Origin: an uncultured delta proteobacterium
GTDB lineage: Bacteria; Desulfobacterota; Desulfobacteria; Desulfobacterales; QNYZ01
DNA length: 64,000 nt
Direction of reading: 5' to 3'
NCBI GenBank assembly: GCA_963845145.1
Contig: CAWJQU010000004.1
Coordinates: 480,001 to 544,000 of the forward strand
Below are positions 46,520 through 56,246 of this stretch, piece after piece. The position numbers and the translations under genes are program-made. Numbering within the stretch: position 1 is the stretch's first letter; the number at the start of each line of letters is the position of its first letter. Below the pieces are notes generated by a model. The model was not told the DNA's origin and did no database searches. It saw nothing but the letters and a program-made list of their open reading frames with translations.

Positions 46520-47335
46520 ATGAACGTTCCCAATCCATCCAATGACGTCCATGGCCTTCTAAAGGGGGTCAGCCTTTCCAATTTCCTTCAATTGATTGAG
46601 GTCGGTGGAGACACGTGCCTGCTTGAGGTACGTTGCGACCAAAGTGACGAAATAGGCTTGCTTTACATTAATGAGGGGATGCTTTTTGATGCAACATGCG
46701 GCGCTCTGTCTGATACCGACGCTGCCATCAAGATACTCAAATGGGATCGCGTCGAAATACGGATTCAAGAGTTGCCGGATGAAAATATGCCCAAAAAGAT
46801 CGAGAAAAGCCTGGCTGCCCTTATTTTTTTTGTCCAGAGCGAAGATGACGCAACCGGGGGTGTTGATAATTTATTGCAACTCCAGACAGATAAGGAAGCA
46901 AACAGCGGGAAAAATAACCCTGAGGAAAATAAAGGTAATGCAAAACCCATACAGGAGATAATCATGGATGTACAAAAATTAAATGAAACAGTTGATATCC
47001 TTAAAAAGGATCTTGGAGACGGCTTGCTCGCAACGGATATCTTCGGTGCCGTCGACGGACAATCCGTGGCGGGTTTTAATCCACAACCCAAAGCATCAGC
47101 GCTGTTTAATAAGTTGACCGACTTTATTAACGACTCATTGGAGGGCAGTGGGTTCCCGCCTTTGGGTAAGTATTATATTGTTGATCTGGTGGATGGTAAT
47201 ATGGTTGTGGTTATCCCCATGGGGTCTTATCGTTGGGGAATGTTGGTGAATTCGAATAAAACGCAAATGGGCCTTCTATTAAATATTGTTATTCCAAAAA
47301 TCATCGATGCCTTTGAAGAAGCGATCACAGGCTGA
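46520..47335 (+). CDS. DUF4388 (PatA-N-like) domain fused to a roadblock/profilin-like C-terminal domain
   Basis: GLLKGVSLSNFLQLIE..TCLLEV..GLLYINEG.LFDA..AAIKILKW matches DUF4388. The C-terminal 123 aa (LGDGLLATDIF..DGQSVAG..QMGLLLN) have a roadblock-like pattern. Confidence 0.72.
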   Translation: MNVPNPSNDVHGLLKGVSLSNFLQLIEVGGDTCLLEVRCDQSDEIGLLYINEGMLFDATCGALSDTDAAIKILKWDRVEIRIQELPDENMPKKIEKSLAALIFFVQSEDDATGGVDNLLQLQTDKEANSGKNNPEENKGNAKPIQEIIMDVQKLNETVDILKKDLGDGLLATDIFGAVDGQSVAGFNPQPKASALFNKLTDFINDSLEGSGFPPLGKYYIVDLVDGNMVVVIPMGSYRWGMLVNSNKTQMGLLLNIVIPKIIDAFEEAITG

Positions 47336-47348
47336 AGGGTGGTATTAG

Positions 47349-47543
47349 ATGGGTAAAGATCTGGAAAAAATATTTGATATCGTCGCGCAGAAAGGTGGCT
47401 TTAATGCCCGCATGGAATTTGCCTCACGAACCGGGTTATCCAAAAATAAAGTCGCCAAAGCCAAAGATACACCTGAATTAAGAAAAAAACTTCTGGAAAT
47501 CGCTGCGGAAGTTCTCGGACAGGAGATCACCGATATCATCTGA
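47349..47543 (+). CDS. Small hypothetical protein (64 aa, helical)
   Basis: ATG 13 bp after the previous stop, with a GGTGG RBS-like motif. Plausible protein composition. Confidence 0.7.
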   Translation: MGKDLEKIFDIVAQKGGFNARMEFASRTGLSKNKVAKAKDTPELRKKLLEIAAEVLGQEITDII

Positions 47544-47658
47544 TTTCTTCATTCGGGATAACATTGTTTTGCATGTCTCTCCCGATACATGCGTTTACGA
47601 TATACGTTGAAAGGCTCGCCCGTGAGTGCCGTAGCCGCCAGCGGTCAAAACCAACCTT

Positions 47659-47706
47659 GGGTTCATGGATATCGGGGTTCATGGATATCATGATTCATGG
47701 ATTCCG
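47659..47706. repeat. 16-bp intergenic tandem repeat x3
   Basis: GGGTTCATGGATATCG GGGTTCATGGATATCA TGATTCATGGATTCCG. Confidence 0.8.
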
Positions 47707-47738
47707 CAGCAATAACAGATAAATATTAGAGGGTACTC

Positions 47739-48128
47739 TTGTCAAACGAATTAAAAAAAGTGCTTGAAAAAATGACCCATGAAATGGATGGGCTGATTGC
47801 TTCAGCTATTGTATCCATTGAAGACGGTCTGCAGATAGAGCAAGTTAGCAATAAAACGGATATCAACTCCGCGTCCGCGTCCGCTTATCTTGCGCGCGTG
47901 GTACAATCGAATCAAGAAGCGTTGAGATTACTCGGCTGGAATCGGCGACCGGAAGACATCCTCATCACGACGGATGATTGTTATTTCATCATTCGCCAGC
48001 TTCCGGGTGATACATTTTTTCTTTTCGTTCTAACCACCCGGGATGAGTGGATCGGCCGAACACGTTACTTGATGGCCGAATATGCCGGAGAAATAGCGAA
48101 AAACCTTGATTTGATTCAAAAAAAATAA
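47739..48128 (+). CDS. Roadblock/LC7 (MglB-like) domain protein
   Basis: GAGGG RBS and TTG start. MDGLIASAIVSIEDGL..EDILITTDDCYFIIR..FFLFVL..IGRTR pattern. Confidence 0.75.
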   Translation: MSNELKKVLEKMTHEMDGLIASAIVSIEDGLQIEQVSNKTDINSASASAYLARVVQSNQEALRLLGWNRRPEDILITTDDCYFIIRQLPGDTFFLFVLTTRDEWIGRTRYLMAEYAGEIAKNLDLIQKK

Positions 48129-48536
48129 TGTAGGCGCTATTGAATTTGGCGATTTATTTTCTTCATATCAGCCCGGCACCGGTTAGATAGCGTAAAAATA
48201 GTACCCAAGCCAGCACAACGCCCTCCCCATAGGCCGACCTCGTCGATATTACTTTCCGAGACCATTATCCCGTTTAAATGGGAACATGTATACAATGAAA
48301 TTATCGCCCACCAAAGTTTATGGCGCCTTACCTGAACCGACGAGGATGTGCCGGTAGTTAAAAAAACAGGATTTTCCAATGTGAGAAACAAACGATTAAT
48401 TCCCCTTGAAAACTTTTGGTTTTTTTTGCTAACAAAAAAAATATAGAGGGTGTATATCCCTGTTTATTTAACACTTTTCACACTGGACGGATTTGTCCAC
48501 GAGTAATGAGTGACATGAAGAATTCTATCGGAGAAT

Positions 48537-49772
48537 ATGTTGACCGAACGGGCGTATAAAGTTCAAGCAGATAATGGGAAGGCTACACTTCGACAGCGGA
48601 GAACCCTGTTTATTGCCGTTGCCTGGGGTATCAATGTTCTGGCCTATTCCATCGTATATCCGTTTTTGCCTATTTATCTGCACACGGTCCGGGGTATCCC
48701 CATGTCCTCTGTCGGATTGATTTTTCCAATTATGGGGCTCGCCACGATTATCGGGTCTCCGGTCTCCGGGTGGCTGGCTGATCGGATTGGTCGTAGAAGC
48801 TTGATGATTATGGGCCCCCTGGGTAGATGCGGGGCCTTCTTTTTTTTAGCGTGGATGGCGGCGATCAGGGGGCCATTTTGGGGATTTGTGTTGGGAATAT
48901 TTCTGGCCACTCTTTTAGGAAAGTTCTTCCAGTGCGCTTCAAATGCTTATATTACGGATCTATTACCCGACGACGAGAGACTGGCGGCGTTTAACCGGAT
49001 CCATGTGGGATCCAATATCGGCTGGATGATCGGGCCGGCCCTTGGTGCATTTCTTTCACGAACCCCCTATTCGCTGATGTTTTCCATCACGGCAACTTTG
49101 TGTCTGGTTACGACCGCCATTGCGTTTTTTTATTGTCCGCGACTACCATTTGGATCCAAGAAAGCAGAATTACTGGATATCGGTACCGGCATGTTGACCA
49201 AGGTGTTGTTCAAAGATACCAGGATGCTGATGGTGACGTTGCTCACGCTCTGCCTTTTTTTTTCCGTTTCGCAGTTTGCTACGACCTTGTCTGTATACGC
49301 CACAGATGTGGTGGGCATTACCAAAACGTCCCTTGGGTTGTTGTACACCATCAATGGCGCAATGATCATTTTGTTGCTATTGCCGATCAATACGCGGCTT
49401 AAATCGTATAACCTCTTTCTTCGTATCGGCAGCGGCGCATTGTTATATGTCGTGGCCTTTATTGGATTTGGTATCGGGACGACTTGGGGCCACCTGGCGC
49501 TGGCCATGGTTGTGATGACCCTGGGCGAAATCCTCTCACTCACGGCGATTCTCTCGGCCATCAGCAGTCTTGCACCGACAAATATGGTCGGCCGGTTCAT
49601 GGGACTTCACAGTTTGGTGGAGGGGTTGGGTTGGGCCTTTGGACCTTTTGTCGGATCCCTTCTATTTGAGCAGTTCCGCTCCCAGGGACTGTTGTTGTGG
49701 GGACTGCTCTCGATCTTTGCATTAATTGCTGGAATGGGTTTTTTTTCAATAGCCAATAGGCGCCAACGTTAG
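48537..49772 (+). CDS. MFS transporter (DHA1-like)
   Basis: About 12 TM segments, motif A GWLADRIGRR and G..IGPALG. Confidence 0.9.
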   Translation: MLTERAYKVQADNGKATLRQRRTLFIAVAWGINVLAYSIVYPFLPIYLHTVRGIPMSSVGLIFPIMGLATIIGSPVSGWLADRIGRRSLMIMGPLGRCGAFFFLAWMAAIRGPFWGFVLGIFLATLLGKFFQCASNAYITDLLPDDERLAAFNRIHVGSNIGWMIGPALGAFLSRTPYSLMFSITATLCLVTTAIAFFYCPRLPFGSKKAELLDIGTGMLTKVLFKDTRMLMVTLLTLCLFFSVSQFATTLSVYATDVVGITKTSLGLLYTINGAMIILLLLPINTRLKSYNLFLRIGSGALLYVVAFIGFGIGTTWGHLALAMVVMTLGEILSLTAILSAISSLAPTNMVGRFMGLHSLVEGLGWAFGPFVGSLLFEQFRSQGLLLWGLLSIFALIAGMGFFSIANRRQR

Positions 49773-49781
49773 CGTTTATAA

Positions 49782-51203
49782 TTATTGTAACAATGCAATA
49801 GTAGCTGCCTGGACAAGCGTCAGCAATATATTGGGATAAAAACCGACAGCCATAATAACGGCGATCAATCCCAAGGCGAGGATATTGGTGGCAGGGCTGA
49901 TATGAAGATCCGGCAGGGTGTGTTGTGGTTTGTCTAAGTAGGCCGCTTTGAGGACCAGGAGATAGTAGTAAAGTGAAATGACCACATTGATCATGGCGAT
50001 AATGACCAACACGAGATAGCCGCTTTTGATGGCGGCTGTGAATACCAGAAATTTACCGGTAAAACCGATAGTAGGGGGTATTCCGGCCAGGCCAAATAGA
50101 GAAAGCATCAAGGCCAGGGCCAGCACGGGGGCCCGGTGGTGCAGCCCGGCCAGTTCCGAAATTTGCAGGTTTCGGCCATTGCCGGCGACTTTGATCATGA
50201 CCGTAAAGCAGGTAATTTTCATGATCAGGACGGCGATCGCGTAGAACAGCACGGCTTTGTAGCCTTCCGGTGTCATGCAAAGGATGCCGATCATGATATA
50301 TCCTGCATGGGCGATACTAGAATAGGCCATCAATCGCTTGAAATCTTTTTGAGCCATCGCAGCCAGGTTCCCAATGGTCATCGAGGCGATGGCCAGGGCG
50401 ATAAGGCTTTTAGCCAGTAGATCTCCGTTACCCTGGCTGATGGCGATGATGCGCAGTAACACGGCTACAGCGGCCAGCTTGGAGACCGTGGCGATGAATG
50501 CGGCAACCTGATTGGGAGCCCCCTCATAAGTATCCGGTGCCCATATGTGAAAAGGGAAAAGGGCCAGTTTGAAAAAAAATCCGGCCATGATCAAAAGAAT
50601 TCCCGCGGATACGGTTGGCCGATTCATCATTTCAGGAAGTTTGCTCGTTAGTATCTCGATGGATAATGTGCCTACTGAACTATAGATCAAAACCATACCG
50701 AACAGCATGACCGCAGAAATACTGGCGCCCGTCAGAAAAAAGCGAAGACCGGTAACCATGCCGAGACGAGCCTCTTTGCGCAGAAAGACAAGGATATACA
50801 GGGAGTAGCTAGACAGCTCCAGGGCCAGAAAAATGGCCAGTAGGTGCATCCCCGACACCATCAGCATCATGGCCAGGGTACTGACCGTGAGCAAGAGATA
50901 AACCTCTCCATGATGCCTGCCATCAACGGCCGTTAGTTCCTTGCACAAAAGGACAACTAGTAAAAACCCGAAAGACAGAAAAACTTTAACCACTTGAGAG
51001 AATAGATCGATGCGGTACATACCGCTAAAAAGGTTGCCACTCAAACGGGAAGAAATGATCGTTGCTAAAACAACAACGACTGCCATACCAATGGCCGTAA
51101 AAAAATTACGACGCGGATCATTAGGCAGGCAAGATATGACTAAAAACAATGCAATGGTCACAAGGAGTGATAGTTCAGGAACAAATAGGGCCAAATCGTT
51201 CAT
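49782..51203 (-). CDS. nuoN: NADH-quinone oxidoreductase subunit N
   Basis: ALELSS, FKLALFPFHIWAPDTYEGAP, KRLMAYSSIAH and LAGIPPTIGF.GK. Confidence 0.95.
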   Translation of the reverse strand: MNDLALFVPELSLLVTIALFLVISCLPNDPRRNFFTAIGMAVVVVLATIISSRLSGNLFSGMYRIDLFSQVVKVFLSFGFLLVVLLCKELTAVDGRHHGEVYLLLTVSTLAMMLMVSGMHLLAIFLALELSSYSLYILVFLRKEARLGMVTGLRFFLTGASISAVMLFGMVLIYSSVGTLSIEILTSKLPEMMNRPTVSAGILLIMAGFFFKLALFPFHIWAPDTYEGAPNQVAAFIATVSKLAAVAVLLRIIAISQGNGDLLAKSLIALAIASMTIGNLAAMAQKDFKRLMAYSSIAHAGYIMIGILCMTPEGYKAVLFYAIAVLIMKITCFTVMIKVAGNGRNLQISELAGLHHRAPVLALALMLSLFGLAGIPPTIGFTGKFLVFTAAIKSGYLVLVIIAMINVVISLYYYLLVLKAAYLDKPQHTLPDLHISPATNILALGLIAVIMAVGFYPNILLTLVQAATIALLQ

Positions 51204-51331
51204 TTAGATATCCTGATTACTTGGCTGACATGGCTACAGTCAACGAGCACTAAAAAGTTGTTTAAATTGGGTGATGGCAAATTAATCATTTTTAAACACC
51301 TGAATTTGCTTGTAGCTATGAATATTAAATA

Positions 51332-52810
51332 TCATTTCATCAGGACAACGGTTGCAGAGTTGATCATATCAAACAACAATCCGGGAGCTAAACCAAACAA
51401 TACAATGACACCCACCAAAATAACGCGGGGCAACATGAGGCCCAGTTTAATGTCTGCTAAACCGGCATATTTTTTCAACGGTGGTCCGTAGCAGGTCTTC
51501 TGGACGACCCGCAGCATGAAGAGCGCACCAACAACCAAGGCGCCGATGGCCAGCACACCGCGTACGGGATAGATCTTGACGGCAGCGAGGAAAACCGCCA
51601 ACTCACCCCAGAAACTTGCCAGGCAGGGCACACCGATGCCGGTTAACGCTGCGATAATGAAGAAAGTGGCCGCTCTTGGCATGGTACTGCTCAAGCCGCC
51701 AAGTTCGGCAATGTCCTTGGTGTGGGTCTTGTCGTAGATGTGGCCTACCGAAGAAAAAAATAACGCGGTCATGATGCCGTGGGCGAACATTTGAAAGACG
51801 GCTCCATTTAACCCATCGATAGTCATGGTGGATAGGCCCAGTCCCACAATTCCCATGTGGGATACACTGGAGTAGCCAATCACATATTTCAAATCGGTTT
51901 GACGCAATCCGACAAAGGCACCGTAAACGATCCCGCAGGTGGCCAATATGGCCATGAGCTGGGACCAGTATTGCCAGCCGACAGGACATAAAAATATGCC
52001 GACACGTAAAATTCCGAACGCACCGATTTTCATCAACACACCGGCATGAATCATGGAAACCGCCGTTGGCGCGGCCACATGGCCCACCGGTGACCAGGTG
52101 TGAAAGGGGAAAACTCCGGCCAGGATGCCGAAGCCGATAAAAAGCATCAGAAAAGATAATTTTTGCTGGTATGGTGAAAGTATGGCGGATTCTTTCAGGG
52201 CAACCAAGTTAAAGGTCAACGGACTAAGGCCCGAGTGGATAATGATGTAGATGATAGCCGGGAGGATTAATGCACTGCCGGCTAGTAGATAGAGGGTCAG
52301 CTTCATGGCCGCGTATTCTTTTCGAGTGCTGCCCCAAATAGCGATAAGCAGATACATGGGAAACAAGGAGACATCGAACCAGACAAACAGAAAGAAGAGA
52401 TCCAGGCTCATAAACAGGCCAAAAACGCCTGTTACAAGCAGAAAAATAAGGGCGAAGAACTCTTTGACACGAAGCGTAATCTCCCACATGGTCACCACGG
52501 CAGTGAAAAACACGATACCGGTTAAGAGCAGCATGGGGAGGGCGAAGCCGTCCACGGCATTGAAATAGGAGATACCCAAAGAGGGAATCCAATCAATCTT
52601 TTCGGCGAATTGGTAACCACCGGTTACCTTATCATAAGCCGCATAGAGGTAGATGGATATCACCAGAGTCAAGCCGCTGAAAACGGCCGAAATCCATTTT
52701 ATGGCGCGTACATGCTTACCGGGGATAATGAGAATCAACAATAATCCCAGCCCACAGCAAGCAAGCAGGGAGGATAAGAAAGGATAGGATGCCGGGTGAA
52801 CGTTTATCAT
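51332..52810 (-). CDS. nuoM: NADH-quinone oxidoreductase subunit M
   Basis: WIPSLGISY..VDG, FPFHTW, LMKIGAFG, IGYSSVSHMG and QMFAHG. Confidence 0.95.
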   Translation of the reverse strand: MINVHPASYPFLSSLLACCGLGLLLILIIPGKHVRAIKWISAVFSGLTLVISIYLYAAYDKVTGGYQFAEKIDWIPSLGISYFNAVDGFALPMLLLTGIVFFTAVVTMWEITLRVKEFFALIFLLVTGVFGLFMSLDLFFLFVWFDVSLFPMYLLIAIWGSTRKEYAAMKLTLYLLAGSALILPAIIYIIIHSGLSPLTFNLVALKESAILSPYQQKLSFLMLFIGFGILAGVFPFHTWSPVGHVAAPTAVSMIHAGVLMKIGAFGILRVGIFLCPVGWQYWSQLMAILATCGIVYGAFVGLRQTDLKYVIGYSSVSHMGIVGLGLSTMTIDGLNGAVFQMFAHGIMTALFFSSVGHIYDKTHTKDIAELGGLSSTMPRAATFFIIAALTGIGVPCLASFWGELAVFLAAVKIYPVRGVLAIGALVVGALFMLRVVQKTCYGPPLKKYAGLADIKLGLMLPRVILVGVIVLFGLAPGLLFDMINSATVVLMK

Positions 52811-54726
52811 GGCGCCCCTAATACGAAGTAGAGTGTCAGGATAATGATCACGGCGAACATAACCATCAACCTGTGCTGAATCATTCCGGTGTGCAATCGC
52901 GCCGCGATCCTGCCCAAAGAAATGGTCGAGATGCCCAACCCGTCGACCACACCATCAATGATTCGCCGGTCATTCCATGCGAATAGGCGGGAGATACCGC
53001 GATCAACCAACTTGTTCAAAAAATAACGGTAGAGATGATCTATATACCAGCGGTTTGCAAAAAGGGTCGCCAGGGCCGGCAGGCGCTCTACAAAACCGAC
53101 CTGTGCCGACTGCCGACGGCCGAATTCCAGCCAGGCCAGGCCGATGGCAACGATGGCCAGCGAACAGGCCCCCGGCGCAAGCCAGCCATGATGGGCCACG
53201 GCTATGGTTCGCTCAGCACCAAGCGCATGAGCGATAAAATTCTCAAGCGGTGTTTGCAGGAACCCGAGTGCAAGGGTAATCAAAGCCAACACCCACAAAA
53301 CAACCGACATCGCTTCGGCACCACCATAACCATGTGAATGGGGGCCATGGGGGTCATGGAGCGGATGGCTGTTGGGGGTGGCTTCTGCCCCCTTGGGAAA
53401 AAGTATGATAAAAATAAGTCGAAAGGTATAATACGCGGTTAAAAAAACACCGATTGTTCCGGCAATAAACCAAATTGGGTGATTGAGATCGAGCAGGCGG
53501 CCTAAAATGACCTCTTTGCTGAAAAACCCGGCGAGCGGCGGCAGTCCAGATAGCGCGCCGCCGGCGATGAATAAACAGATCATGGCGGTCTTAAGGGTTC
53601 GCCCGCCTTTTTGGCCGATGTAAAACATATCGTTGGTATCGTAGTGGTGGATAAAGACCCCCGCGGTAAGAAAAAGCAGGGCTTTAAACCCGGCATGGGT
53701 CATGAGGTGGAAAAAGCCCCCAAATAAACTGCCGGCTCCCAAACCCATCAACATGTAACCCAATTGACTGATGGTGGAGTAAGCCCAAACCTGTTTAATA
53801 TCCCGCGCCACCATGGCCATGGTGGAAGCCAACAGCATACTGATGGTGCCAATCACAAGACAGACGGTCATGGCTGTGGGAGAGAGGGAAAAAAAACCGA
53901 ACAGCCGAGAGAAGAGGTAGACACCGGCGGCCACCATGGTGGCAGAGTGCAGCAGGGCACTGACAGGCGTGGGGCCTTCCATGGCATCCGGCAGCCAGGT
54001 GAGAAGGGGGAACTGGGCACTTTTTCCGATGATGCCGCCAAAAATAAGCAGAGCGGTCAGGGTGATCATGCCTGTAGACATACGTGTATGCACAACATCG
54101 GGGTCGGAGAGTATCTCTATATCCAAGGTGCCCATCTGCTGCCAGATCAATATCAAACCGATTAGAAAAGCGACATCGCCCATTCGGGTCATGACAAAGG
54201 CTTTTTTACCCGCCTGGCTGGCACTGAATTTCTCAAACCAAAACCCGATGAGAAAATAGGATGCCAACCCAACCAACTCCCAGAAGATAAACATCTGCAA
54301 TAAAGAACTAGAGATGGTCAGGGTGAGCATGGCCCAGGCAAACAGGGACATGCAGCCGTAGTAACGGCCGAAGCCGGGATCTCCAGCCATGTAGCCCATG
54401 GAATACAACTGTACGAGAAAACTGATGGTTGCGACAATGAGTAGCATCAACAGGCTGATCGGATCCAAAAGAATCCCCAGCGGCACCTGCATCTCTCCTA
54501 AAACCAACCAGGTTGTTTCAAAAATAACCGGCGCTTTCATCTGCCAATGTTTGGCCAAAAGAGAAACCGAACATACGAGTGAAAGACCAATAGCACCGAT
54601 GGATAGAGACGCTGATACTTTCGGGCGCTGTCGACAGGTAAGCAAAATTATGCCAAATGCCAACAAGGGTGCGATGAGAGCTGTTGTCGCTATATACAGG
54701 CTTAGCTGGCTTGGAGCGGCGGTCAT
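52807..54726 (-). CDS. nuoL: NADH-quinone oxidoreductase subunit L
   Basis: FWELVGLASYFLIGFW, GKSAQFPLLTWLPDAMEGPTPVSALLHSATMV and YSTISQLG. Confidence 0.96.
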   Translation of the reverse strand: MTAAPSQLSLYIATTALIAPLLAFGIILLTCRQRPKVSASLSIGAIGLSLVCSVSLLAKHWQMKAPVIFETTWLVLGEMQVPLGILLDPISLLMLLIVATISFLVQLYSMGYMAGDPGFGRYYGCMSLFAWAMLTLTISSSLLQMFIFWELVGLASYFLIGFWFEKFSASQAGKKAFVMTRMGDVAFLIGLILIWQQMGTLDIEILSDPDVVHTRMSTGMITLTALLIFGGIIGKSAQFPLLTWLPDAMEGPTPVSALLHSATMVAAGVYLFSRLFGFFSLSPTAMTVCLVIGTISMLLASTMAMVARDIKQVWAYSTISQLGYMLMGLGAGSLFGGFFHLMTHAGFKALLFLTAGVFIHHYDTNDMFYIGQKGGRTLKTAMICLFIAGGALSGLPPLAGFFSKEVILGRLLDLNHPIWFIAGTIGVFLTAYYTFRLIFIILFPKGAEATPNSHPLHDPHGPHSHGYGGAEAMSVVLWVLALITLALGFLQTPLENFIAHALGAERTIAVAHHGWLAPGACSLAIVAIGLAWLEFGRRQSAQVGFVERLPALATLFANRWYIDHLYRYFLNKLVDRGISRLFAWNDRRIIDGVVDGLGISTISLGRIAARLHTGMIQHRLMVMFAVIIILTLYFVLGAP

Positions 54727-54777
54727 GATTTTTTGGATGATCCTTTCATGTCAATTCGTGGTGTGAGTATGGTGGCC

Positions 54778-55083
54778 CTATACCCATTCATTCATCTTCA
54801 AATTCGGATTCACTGAATTCGTCGTTCGATAGACCCAGACAATCGCAACCAAGCCGATCGAGACCTCTGTTGCCGCCACCGCCAGAATAAACAGGACCAA
54901 TACTTGTCCTTCGATCTGCTGCCAGTGCAGGGCCGAACCCACAAACGCCACGGCCGTGGCATTTAGCATAACTTCGATTCCCAGCAACATCATGATCAGA
55001 TTGCGTCTGGCCAGGGTGCAAAACAGACCCAAGGCAAATAGAAGCGCAGAGAGCACCAACACATGGGTTAATGGAACGATCAT
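54778..55083 (-). CDS. nuoK: NADH-quinone oxidoreductase subunit K
   Basis: RRNLIMMLLGIEVMLNA, GQV and AVAATE. Confidence 0.95.
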   Translation of the reverse strand: MIVPLTHVLVLSALLFALGLFCTLARRNLIMMLLGIEVMLNATAVAFVGSALHWQQIEGQVLVLFILAVAATEVSIGLVAIVWVYRTTNSVNPNLKMNEWV

Positions 55084-55607
55084 GGTGTTTCCTTTTTGAT
55101 GTCTGGTAGTTTCTTTCTTAATTGACGACCCAGAATAAACGTTCCAATAAGGGCGATGAGGAGCAAAAGGGAGGCAATCTCAATGGCCAGCCAGTGCGTC
55201 TGGAATAAGTAGAGCCCGAAAGTTTTAGGGGAAGCTTGGGCTGGACTAAGCCCTTCGCCACCGCCCGGGCTTTGGCTAATCAACAATCCGCAGACAATCA
55301 AAAAGCCAGCGCTGATGGCCATAGCCGGTACCAACTGGCGCTTGGGAAAAAACATGCCGTCAATCTTATCTACTCGGATCATCATGATGATAAAAAGAAA
55401 CAACACCATGATGGCACCGGCATAGATGATGATTTCCAAGGCTGCTAAAAACGGCGCACCCAGAAGATAAAAGAGCATGGCGCTGCCGAAAAAGGAGAGT
55501 ACCAGGTACAAAACGGTATGCACCAGGTTTCGTCGGGTCACGGCTAAAGTCGTGGTCGTTATCATCAGCACGGCAATGATATAGAATAAAATTACGAAAA
55601 GGGTCAT
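55080..55607 (-). CDS. nuoJ: NADH-quinone oxidoreductase subunit J
   Basis: [18 protein letters not shown] and [11 protein letters not shown]. Confidence 0.95.
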   Translation of the reverse strand: MTLFVILFYIIAVLMITTTTLAVTRRNLVHTVLYLVLSFFGSAMLFYLLGAPFLAALEIIIYAGAIMVLFLFIIMMIRVDKIDGMFFPKRQLVPAMAISAGFLIVCGLLISQSPGGGEGLSPAQASPKTFGLYLFQTHWLAIEIASLLLLIALIGTFILGRQLRKKLPDIKKETP

Positions 55608-56239
55608 GGCATATTACTCTTCACATTAACCGGTTTAGCTTCATTTTCATGGTCACCCTTGCCGCCTTCGTCGGTCGCGACGCCCGCGTAGCGGTAAAAA
55701 TTATAGGTTGGATCTTTACCGCAATTGTCTACCAGGAGGTCTTTCTTTTCAAATACGAGGGCAATGATGTTTCGCTGAATATTTTCAAAATCCGGTGTGA
55801 GTTGAATGGCTGAAGTTGGGCACGCTTCTTCACACAGGCCGCAGTAAATGCACCTTCCAAGATTGATACGAAACCAGCTGGCATAGCGGCGGCCGTCGTC
55901 GTTCTCGGCGCTTTGCATGGAAATACAACTCACAGGGCAAGCAGCCGAGCAAAGGTAGCAGGCTACGCAGCGCTCTTGGCCGTCGGGATCGCGGGTCAGA
56001 ACGATACGTGCCCGGGAACGCTCCGGTAAGGGGCGTTTGTATTCCGGATACTGTTCGGTGATCGGCTTACGGCCCAGATGACGGATAGTCGTGCCAAACC
56101 CTATGATCAGTGCTTTAAGGGCGTCCCAGCCCGAATTGGGAATCGGTCGTAATTTCTTATGGAAATTATTCTGAACCAGTTTATGGTCCGGTTTATGATC
56201 CAGTTTATAATCTAGGGTATGATCGTTTTTTTGGGTCAT
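55604..56239 (-). CDS. nuoI: NADH-quinone oxidoreductase subunit I
   Basis: [20 protein letters not shown] and [13 protein letters not shown]. Confidence 0.95.
   Translation of the reverse strand: MTQKNDHTLDYKLDHKPDHKLVQNNFHKKLRPIPNSGWDALKALIIGFGTTIRHLGRKPITEQYPEYKRPLPERSRARIVLTRDPDGQERCVACYLCSAACPVSCISMQSAENDDGRRYASWFRINLGRCIYCGLCEEACPTSAIQLTPDFENIQRNIIALVFEKKDLLVDNCGKDPTYNFYRYAGVATDEGGKGDHENEAKPVNVKSNMP
56177..56224. repeat. 12-bp tandem repeat x4 at the nuoI 5' end ([16 protein letters not shown])
   Basis: CAGTTTATGGTC CGGTTTATGATC CAGTTTATAATC TAGGGTATGATC. Confidence 0.75.
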
Positions 56240-56246
56240 GGGTTCT

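Noticed and set aside
43675..47706. Short repeat arrays as CRISPR
   Set aside because: The units are 15-16 bp and contiguous with no spacers, and there are no cas genes.
48137..48391. 84-aa minus-strand ORF between the roadblock gene and the MFS gene
   Set aside because: No RBS or motif and atypical composition, so probably intergenic.
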